Source of the DNA: the human T2T-CHM13v2.0 reference genome, Homo sapiens
Strand: one strand, 5' to 3'
Length of the DNA: 64,000 nt
NCBI RefSeq assembly: GCF_009914755.1
Contig: NC_060931.1
Shown: positions 55,421-64,000 of the stretch, piece after piece
Numbering within the stretch: position 1 is the stretch's first letter
Layout: the number at the start of each line of letters is the position of its first letter
Position numbers and translations under genes: made by a program
Notes under the pieces: generated by a model
Seen by the model: the letters and a program-made list of their open reading frames with translations, nothing else
Told to the model about the DNA's origin: nothing
Database searches by the model: none

Positions 55421-55822
55421 GGTGGAGTGGATGCTTTGGTGATATTCCCAGATCCCCTCCCTTAAAGACTAAAGTATTCATTCTTCCCAGCTGCTGTAAA
55501 TGCTGACAACAGACAACAGCTGGGCAAGGGGAGCCTCCTTGTCTGAGGTCACACACTCTCCCTGGGAGCACGTCGTATCTATTGACTGGCTAGCAGGAAG
55601 ATAAAAGACTTGGTTCCTTTGCTTCAGGGATTACTGTCAAGAGTCATTCCAATTCTAGAGCTCCCCATGAGATTAGCTGATGCCTTTTTTTGAGACTTCA
55701 TTGCAGTTCAACTCTTCTCAATCCAATTTCCTCCACTGCTTTGCAGGTATTGATCTCAACAAAATTCTTGCATGCAAATTTCCATATCAGAATCTTTTAT
55801 CTAATAAACTTGACCAGAAATA
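55421..55822 (+). mobile_element. LTR16 (LTR16C-like) ERVL LTR, followed by a MIR fragment
   Basis: 'ccccagatcccc', 'cccagctgctg', 'agagctccccatgagattagctga', 'cttgcatgcaaatttccatatcagaatc'. Confidence 0.7.
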
Positions 55823-56152
55823 ATAGGCTTTGGGGGTCAGAGAGATCTGGGTTTGAATTCAACTGCACTTTTACTTGCTAGCTGTGTTACTTTGGGGTTT
55901 ATTTTCTCTATAGGCAAAAACGGGTAATAAGAAAGCGGAAGTATTCTACGGTGGTGACATCCTTGAAGTTGTACAACATAATTCCCTGAAAAAAACCACT
56001 ACATAAGTGAAAGATTAAATCATATATTTAAAGCAGTTACTGTTTTGCAGAGTAGACACTTAATACATTTTTTGTTCCCCCCTTTTAACTTTGGACAGAT
56101 TGAGGAAAACAAGAAGGAAACCAAGCAAAATAGTCAATTAAGGATCTAATTA

Positions 56153-56512
56153 AGGGTAGAGTATTCCTTATCTAAAACGTTTGGGACTGGAAGTGTTTTG
56201 GATTTCACATTTTTTTCTGCCTTTGTAATATTTGCATATATACAATGAGATATCTTGGGGATGGGACCCAAGTCTAAACATGAAATGAATTTATGTCTTA
56301 TATACACCTTACACTCATAGCCCAAAGATAATTTTATAAAATATTTTAATGATTTTGTGCATGCAACAAAGTCTTGACTGTATTTTTACTATGACTTGTC
56401 ACATGAGGTTAGGTGTGAAAATTTCCACTTGTGGAGTTACATCAGTGCTCAGAAAATTTTGGATTTTGGAACATTTAGCACTTCAGAGTTTAAGATTAGT
56501 GATGGTCAATCT
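56153..56512 (+). mobile_element. Tigger4b/MER46-type MITE
   Basis: 'gagtattccttatctaaaacgtttgggactggaagtgttttggattt...cttggggatgggacccaagtctaaaca...gattagtgatggtcaatct'. Confidence 0.82.
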
Positions 56513-56660
56513 CTTTCATTTTTGGAGTATAAGATAGTTATCTTAGAATCAAAGAGATTTTTCAGTTACTTTAATGGGATGAAGACAAATTAAGATGGAC
56601 AAGCAAACAGTTTGCCACTGCTGAGTTATCTTTATTTTGACTTGAACCTATTAAACCCTT

Positions 56661-57164
56661 TGTGTTAGGCAGAAAGTCCTTCTCTGTCCCAACTATGTCC
56701 ACGTCTCAATCTCTACAACCTATAAATATGTTTCCCTATATAGTAAAGTGGGCTTTGAAGATGCGATTAAATTTTAGGATTTGGGGAGGGATTATTCTGA
56801 ATTTTCCAGGTGAGCCAAATGTAATCACAAGGGTCCTCAAAAATGAGAGGCAGAAGAGAATTAGAGAGAGAGATGACTACAAAAGAGGTTAGAGTTATGC
56901 AATGTGAGATGAGTTCAGCCTGGCGTTGCTGGCTTTGCAGATAGAAGAAAAGGAGCCATGCTGGAAAACATACAAAAGTAGCTCCTCCCATAGAGCCCCA
57001 GAAAGGAAAGCAGCTCATTGGACACTTTGATTCTTGTTCAGTGAGACCTGTGTTGAATATCTGACCTATAGAACCATAAGATAATACATTTAACAAATGT
57101 GTATGTTGTTTTAAGCTACTAAATTTTAATTGATTTATTACAGCAGAAATATAAAATGAGTACA
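56661..57164 (+). mobile_element. MLT1D LTR
   Basis: tgtgttaggcagaa start, 'aatgtaatcacaagggtcct', 'gttgctggctttg', 'ctgacctatagaaccataagataata', ends ...taca. Confidence 0.85.
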
Positions 57165-57774
57165 CTTTTCATAACTCATGGAAAAGTTATCAACCAGTAG
57201 GCCGTGTCTAGCGACCAAAGAGCCTCAACCACGTGGAAAGAAAGGGAACAAGATGGGAAACCAGTAAGAGTATGACGTTAATCATTGGAATAAAATATAT
57301 TTGGCATATACCAATGGTTGATCGTATGTTTACAATATGTTTCTTTCACACTAAGCTTGTTTTGCCAGTACCATCTCTTGACCTTCTAAGATGCACCTTC
57401 TCTTCCCCATTTCCTTTCAATTGCATCCATAACCAGAAAAGTTATATTTCCCATCACATTGAGAAATAGCTGAAAACTTTCTTTCCTTATTTTTGCCTAC
57501 TGCTCACCTTATTTTGCTTAATATTAACACTCTGTTAATTCAAACTAGCTCTTGATCTGGATTTTTATCTCTCAACCTCTACCTAAATTAACTTTTTTCC
57601 TACTATTTCTCCAGAAATAAGCATTGCTCTCACTTGTTTTGTTGTCATAGTTTATTTGTATCACAAGGAAAGACTATAATCACAACTAAACATCCATTGA
57701 TTCATCAAAATAGAAGAAAGGGAATCCCTGAGTTTTTATGTGATTTGAACAAAATACAGAGTTCAGGAGAAGAA

Positions 57775-58000
57775 CGCAGTATGTAGAGGACTAATTAAAA
57801 TCACACAGGCTCCAGTTCAGTTCCTGCTCCTCCAATTGGTCAGTATCTCATGTCAAGGAAATTATTTAAATGTCTAAATCACACTTTATCCCCTATGAAA
57901 GATGGGCTATACTGACCCAACAGAGTTATGTGAGTATAGTAAATGATCATAAAGTACTCTAGCAAGATAACAGATAATAAACTTTAAATAAATGTTATTA
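57775..58000 (+). mobile_element. MIR fragment
   Basis: 'cagttcagttcctgctcc...gagttatgtgagtatagtaaatga...aataaatgttattatt'. Confidence 0.45.
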
Positions 58001-58547
58001 TTTTTACTACAAGAACCATTGACATTAATAAATATTGTCCTGAAAAAGCTCCCAACATTATATTCAATGCCATGTTATCTTTGATGGCTTTTGTGCCCAT
58101 GTCCACATACTCTTCTAATTTATAGTCTGTTCTTCATGCAACAATAATCAAGAAAAAAGTGAAATTGAATAGTTGGTTTTATCAACTTGAAACTTTGTTT
58201 TTGAAAATTATATTTAAATTTCTATTATAAATTATGTTAGAAAGCAAGTTTATTATTTACAAAACTATTTTTGGAAATATGTTCTGAGCTTCCAACAACT
58301 GTCTATAACTTGAATTTTGGCACCTATTATTGTAATATTCTTTCCTGGATGTCTATGGCACGTAGATATTCTAATAGACTATGACTTAGAATAATATCAA
58401 AGGGAAATTCAATAGAAATTATCAGTCTTTTTGGCACAAAATATTTCAAATGGAATCTAATGCCTAATTTTTCCCATTGTATGTGTTGGCATATTAACTT
58501 AGATACTATAGACTTTTACAATTGGCATAAAGTCTTGATTATGCCAG

Positions 58548-58678
58548 ATAAAAAAATTTGAGAGATCTGCTGCATAACATTGTCTCTGTAATTAAAAATA
58601 CTGTAGTGTACATTTAAAATGTTGTTAATACACTGGATCTCATGTTAAGTGTTATACTACAGTAAAAGAAAATAAATC
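58548..58678 (+). mobile_element. L1MA/MB 3' end fragment
   Basis: 'gagatctgctgcataacattgt...aatactgtagtgtacatttaaaa...gatctcatgttaagtgtt' followed by an A-rich tail. Confidence 0.7.
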
Positions 58679-61600
58679 AGAGAACTTTAAAAATTAATTT
58701 CCCATACCAAAGATTATTGTCTATTTATTTTTAATAGTATTGAATGTTTAGCTCTTTGACCAAATAGCATTATTAAATAAATACAGGCAAATACTAACTT
58801 CATCAAAGTCATATTTAACAAGACTTTGATTGACTTGCCAACACTATGGGTGTTGTTTTTCCTCTGGGCCATGGCTGAGACTGAGAATTCCTGCCCTCTC
58901 TCTTCGTAAGCATTTCTGGCCCCTGGACATTTATTTTGGTATGCTGTCCACTTGGGGACAAGTTGCTATAGTTGTGACCACTCTCTGGCCTCTTACCCTA
59001 GAAAAAGCAGATCACCACCCTTCTTTCCAAAATGCAGCATTTTGTTTTTAACCTAAATTCAGTAATTAGATATTTAAATGCTATTAGATGTAAGTAAATT
59101 GCTTTGATTTTTTATTTCACTCTTAGTGATTTTCCAGTGGTTCATTTGCAAGAGGTACACATGTTTCTACCACAAAACTCATTACAGATAGTCTAGCCTT
59201 AGCTCAAATTTTAAGAGTTTGACCTTTGTTTTAATTAATGAAGTGGCAATATTAAATTATTAAAAGTACTGGAACCAAAAAAAGTGAGAATCATCCTCAA
59301 AAATATTTTAATGAACCCCAGAGTAAAATTAGCTAGGTGAATTATTAAAAACTATATTATAGTTAAAATGCTTTCCTAGTATCCATTAATTAACACAATT
59401 AATTTCACCTTTCTTAATGAACATAACTCCATTGGCATTTGGCATTTTTTCCTCTTTCTTGGGTTTCTTTCTGCTTATTTATGTGTTTTAGCAGTAAAGA
59501 ACTGCAACCTCAGCAAACTATAAATTTTATTTTTGGAACACAAAATATTTTCCTGGGAGCCACGACTTAACGATTTATGGAGAGGTATTTTATTTTTAAA
59601 TATATAGAGGATCTGCAAGAACAACAACAATAAGAAAAAACTTTATATCAGTCCCAGAAAAAGTGGTTCTAATTAAAAATTAAGGTAGAGTTTATTAATT
59701 TAGTAACCAAGTCCATAAAATAGAGAACAACTTTTTCTTTATTCAGTAATGCAGAATTAACATTAAATCTCTTTGATAATTCTAAAACTATCCGTGCTTT
59801 TGTATTTTAGTTTTCTACACACTTACCAGCTCATTGGTTTCTGGATTAGAAAAATAAAGTTAAACACAAATTGAGGAGCAGTACTGACTGTGCGGAAAAT
59901 ATGCTCCACTCTTAAAAGTATGCTAAATATATTTTTTAAAGTTTCTAATTAAAAATTATTTACTTACCAAATGTGATTGCACATGTCGGCTTTATTTAAC
60001 TGATTTAATATTTTGATTGCATACCTCCTAAATATGTTTTCAACTAAGATAATTGTGTTAATTTGCATCTTGAAAGGGAATCTTTCAAGACAGAGAATTG
60101 TCTTCAAGGTAATCTCTGGTGAATTAAAAATATATTTTTTCAACAATTTATGATATAATTTTTAAACATTAATTCCCTACTTACTCTATAACCCCCGAAG
60201 TTCTCCCTAGGGTTATCTCGTAAGCCCTTCTTAGGAAATGACTATAAGATTGTGCCTTAGAGAATTCTAGAGAAAGCTTTTTAAAGACAGGACTTATTGG
60301 TCTTTACATAACTGAAAAACACGTCAAAGAAATAGAAGCTCAGAGTTCAATATTTTTTCTTTAGCATAGGATAGATAAAATTACAAAAATTCTTTCATTG
60401 CTGCGTTACAGAATGACAAGAATAATGTTATAGTACATAAATGACAAAGCCTTATTATCTACACTGCTATACTGAAGTTTGAGAAATTCTGAAGTTTCCA
60501 AGCAAGTCTCCCCACACCACAACCCCCAGAACAAGTATCTATCTAAATCAAATAAAAACTCAGGGATACTAGGAGAAATTAATTCAAACTTGACAGATTT
60601 CTGACCCCAGTTGTTAGTGTAACACTAGAATAGTTAGGATTAAGAAAATGGGGCTCAAGCTCTCTGCCTCGTTATCAGGTTCTATATTGTTACTGCTTCT
60701 TAGTGAGGCTGATGGAGTCGAATTAGTAGGTCAAGAGAGCAAAGCTAGTCAGTTTTTTAACAGTGCTACCAAGCACGTCACATTTGGAGGACTCAGCACA
60801 GAATCCACCGAAAACATTTTGTTAATTTTGTACTCATGTTCTAAACATTATTTAAAAAGGATCAAACACAGACTCTCTCATTAAAGAGATATTGTCAAGC
60901 CTGAGTTTGATTATGTGTTAACTGAGAACAATTTACTGCCCAAAGCCCCTATACAGTTAACACAATAATTTAGATACAAACAGAAAGAAAAGTGCTATGA
61001 ATCTTGCTTCCTGGAGTGACAGAGGTTGGAGCGTGGGTGAGATTTCAATGAACTACATTTATGAGTGGCCAGGAACTATAGATAAAAGCATAGTTAGATG
61101 CAATATTTTATCTCAAATTAGACCCAGACATTGTGAAGCAAGATGTCCTTCTAGCAATCTTAGTAAGTGTTGGCAGCAAGAATAGGTTTCAATCCAACAA
61201 TACATTTCTAAAAGAAGCAGATAATTAAGTATCACCTAATTATCTTCCCTATATCTTTTGAAAGGTTAACACTTTCATGTTTTAAAATCAAAGTAATAAG
61301 GGGAAAAAATGTAGTGACCTGAATATACTACCTAACCTTTAAATTTCTAAGACTTTTTTTTTTTAACATTTCAAATCCTATATGTGGGAAAATTATATTA
61401 TAATGGGGGAAGCCTCCTTTTTTTTTCTTTTAGTTCAAGTTTTTTCCAAGTTTCTTGTATTTCACTGGAAACAACATAGCCAGATGAAATATCTCCAACT
61501 AAAGTGTCTTTACAAAACAGACAAACAAAAGTACATTAAGGGGGTTTGGATTTTTAAAGGAGGAGTTACTTTCATTACACGTACTAATCCCCAAACTCTC

Positions 61601-62008
61601 CCCTTTACATTTGACAGTGGCCTCATTCCTGGTATTAGCTAATGTCATCAGTGTTAACTTCTATTTCAGTAGAGAAGAAAATGTATCTTCTCAAGATACT
61701 TTTAAATCTTTGTTTAGGCAAATTCTCAATATACAGTAAAGGAAATACAAATAGAAATATTTCTAAAGTATCTAAAGTCTTTGCTTGAATAACGATGAAT
61801 AGAAATAATACACAAAAAGACCTGTGTTCTCTTCACCCCTTGATGAAATGAAATGCCACAAATAACAAGTGAAGCTCCCTGTATTGGCCTCCTTACTTCC
61901 TCTCCCATCCTCTGTCCTCATAGATAACCACTTTCTTCAGTCTGGCATTCATCATGTCCATGAATTTATGCTTTCTTTATGTATGTATAGGTCTCTAAAA
62001 CATAAACA

Positions 62009-62311
62009 TTAGAGGCACAGTGGCTCATGCCTGTAATTCCAGCACTTTGGGAGGCCGAAGTGGATGGATCATTTGAGGTCAGGAGTTTGAGACCAGCCTT
62101 GCCAACATGATGAAACCCCATCTCTACTAAAAGTGCAAAAATAGCCAGGCATGGTGGCAGGTGCCTGTAATCCCAGCTACTTGGGAAGCTGAGGCAGGAG
62201 AATTGCTTGAGCCTGGGAGACAGAAGTTTCAGTGAGCCTGAGATCATGCCACTGCACTCCAGCCTGGGCGACAGAGTGAGACTCTGTTTCCAAAAAAAAA
62301 AAAAAAAAAAA
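62009..62311 (+). mobile_element. AluSz-type
   Basis: ggatcatttgaggtcaggagtttgag, 20-nt poly-A. Confidence 0.92.
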
Positions 62312-62323
62312 GTAATGAATAAA

Positions 62324-62909
62324 TGTGGCAGACTGCCACAGTTACTACTTGAGATTGTCACTACAACAGTTACTACTGTTACTACTTGAGACCATCATTA
62401 CAAGACTGAATGAAGGAGGAGGAATGCAGAGATGCTAACAAAAAACAAAAGAAACTGTTTTCAAGAAAGGGTCCAGGGAAGAAGAAGATAGCTCCCTGCT
62501 TCTAGTGAGCAAAGGCAGCAGCCCTGAGCTTCTACAGCCCTTCATATTTGTTGGGTAGAAAGAGCAGGGAGGAGGAGGTAACGATTGGTCAGCTGCTTGA
62601 TTGATCACAGGTTAACATTATCACTAACAGGCTTCAGATTTGCCTAATCACAAGAAACACTTGTGCCTGGGTTCTGACTGCCCTCAGCATTCCTTCTTGG
62701 CAGCAGATGCAGTTTGTCAATTTGCCAACATCCTGCTTTCATGAGAACAGTTTGCTGTTTACTAATGTAGCCTCCAGTGATTTACTGAGTTGATCAGGAC
62801 CCTCACTCATGTAGCCTCCAGTGATATACTGAGTTGATCACGACTCACTCATGTAGCCTCCAGTGATATACTGAGTTGATCATGACCCTCATTCTTTCGG
62901 CCTTCAATA
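62324..62909 (-). mobile_element. ERVK-class solo LTR, LTR3-like (HERV-K3/HML-6)
   Basis: Perfect 6-bp TSD AATAAA (62318-62323, 62910-62915), typical of betaretrovirus-like integrases. Sense strand begins TATTGAAGGCCGAAAGAATGAGGGTC and ends ...GCAGTCTGCCACA. The LTR3 assignment is from memory of the consensus. Confidence 0.75.
62761..62890. repeat. Three tandem copies of a 42-44 bp unit inside the LTR
   Basis: Units at 62761-62804, 62805-62846 and 62847-62890 (act(c/a)atgtagcctccagtgat(a/t)tactgagttgatca.gac(cc)tc). Confidence 0.95.
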
Positions 62910-63450
62910 AATAAAGGTATGTATTTATTTTGTAGTCTGTTCTTTTAAAAGCCAAAATGTGGGTCTGTGAGATACATTCAGATTGATAAAGGTAACTCAA
63001 ATTCCTTCATTGTCACTGCTGACTGATATTCTATTGCTTGAATTTGCTAACACAGTCTACTTACTCATCCACTGTTGATAGTACAGTAGGTGGCTCCAAT
63101 AAATTTTATATAAGTAATGCAAATAATGTTTAACACTCTTAAACAAGTATCCTTATACATACCTACGAAGGAAATTGCTGAGTGTTGGCATGAGCATGTC
63201 TTTAAATTTATGTCTACTGACAAGTTGCTCTTCAAAGTGTTTACATCAATGTATATACAAATGGGCATTGTTTAACATTTGCTTTTGCTACCTGATTCAT
63301 GCCAACACTTGGTATGGTAAGATACCATTTTTAGTATTCTGATAGCTGTGAAGTATCAGCTCTTATTTTTATATGATTTTTCCTAATTGAAACCAGTTGA
63401 ATAGTTTTCCTTCTGTTTATTGAGCATTCATTTTTCTTCTTTTAGAATTC

Positions 63451-63733
63451 TTTTTTTTCTTTTGACAGAGTCTTGCTCTGTCGCCCAGGCTGGAGTACAG
63501 CGGCATGATCCTGCAACCTCCACCTCCAGAGTTCAAGTGATTCTCCTACCTCAGACTCTCTAGCGGCTGGGATTACAGGTGTGCACAAACACACCCAGCT
63601 AATTTTTTGTATTTTTAGTAGAGGCGGGGTTTCACCATGTTGGCTAGGCTGGTCTTGAACTGAACTCAACTGATCTGCCCATCTCAGCCTCCCGAAGTGC
63701 TGGGATTACAGGCATGAGCCACCACGCCCGACC
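63451..63733 (-). mobile_element. AluSz/Sx-type
   Basis: Poly-T tail and complete dimer ending cacgcccgacc, with small deletions. Confidence 0.92.
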
Positions 63734-64000
63734 CATATCTTTTGCCTATCAGACTGCAGATTGGCTTGTCTTCCTCTTCATATTCACAGAAGTTCTTTTC
63801 ATATTCCAAATAATAATCATTTGTCAATTATAGACCTTGAACTTTCTCAATAAAGTTTATCTTTAGTCTTTCATTTTGTGTTTGTTTGATGCACAATTAT
63901 CAATTTTGATAAAGTCAAAAAATTTTTTAACTATGAAAATATTTATGATTTTGTCTTGCTTAAGACATTATTTTTTACTCTGGACTCATAAATTGTTCTC

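Larger units (their letters stand above)
61840..64000 (-). mobile_element. Old L1ME-type element fragmented by two Alus and an ERVK LTR
   Basis: 'gataaccact', 'gaaattgctgagt', 'tgccaacacttggtat', 'gttttccttctgtttattgagcattc', 'agttcttttcatattc' are reverse L1M ORF2/3' motifs continuing across the insertions. Confidence 0.6.

Noticed and set aside
62761-62890. Regular repeats resembling a CRISPR array
   Set aside because: Head-to-tail units without unique spacers, inside a retroviral LTR in primate DNA; no cas genes.

Overview
AT-rich, CpG-poor primate (very likely human/hominoid) non-coding DNA, either intergenic or deep intronic. I recognise no host protein-coding exon, RNA gene or CpG island. 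A large share of the window is interspersed repeats. These include 11 Alu/FAM copies (FAM, AluJ, several AluS types, one young AluYe-like), a 5'-truncated L1PA with the ORF2 C-terminus still open, and old L1M/L2/MIR fragments. DNA-transposon relics are MER58A/B, MER20, Charlie4a, Tigger2b, MER47/Tigger5 and Tigger4b. LTRs are MLT1, MLT2, THE1 x2, MER51, LTR16, LTR33-like and an ERVK LTR3-like solo LTR. Most interesting: (i) a candidate + strand spliced transcript whose exons (5640-5789 and 11622-~11950) would join in frame into a 97-codon ORF followed by AATAAA; (ii) a spacer-less inverted Alu pair made by nested insertion; (iii) an Alu|L1|THE1 chimera with two abrupt junctions; (iv) a triplicated 44-bp U3 block in the ERVK LTR; (v) several repeat-free motif clusters that look like developmental enhancers, one with a TBX/NKX/GATA/MEIS cardiac-type grammar. 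Repeat family names come from my recollection of consensus sequences, not from a search. I found no convincing novel multi-gene system.
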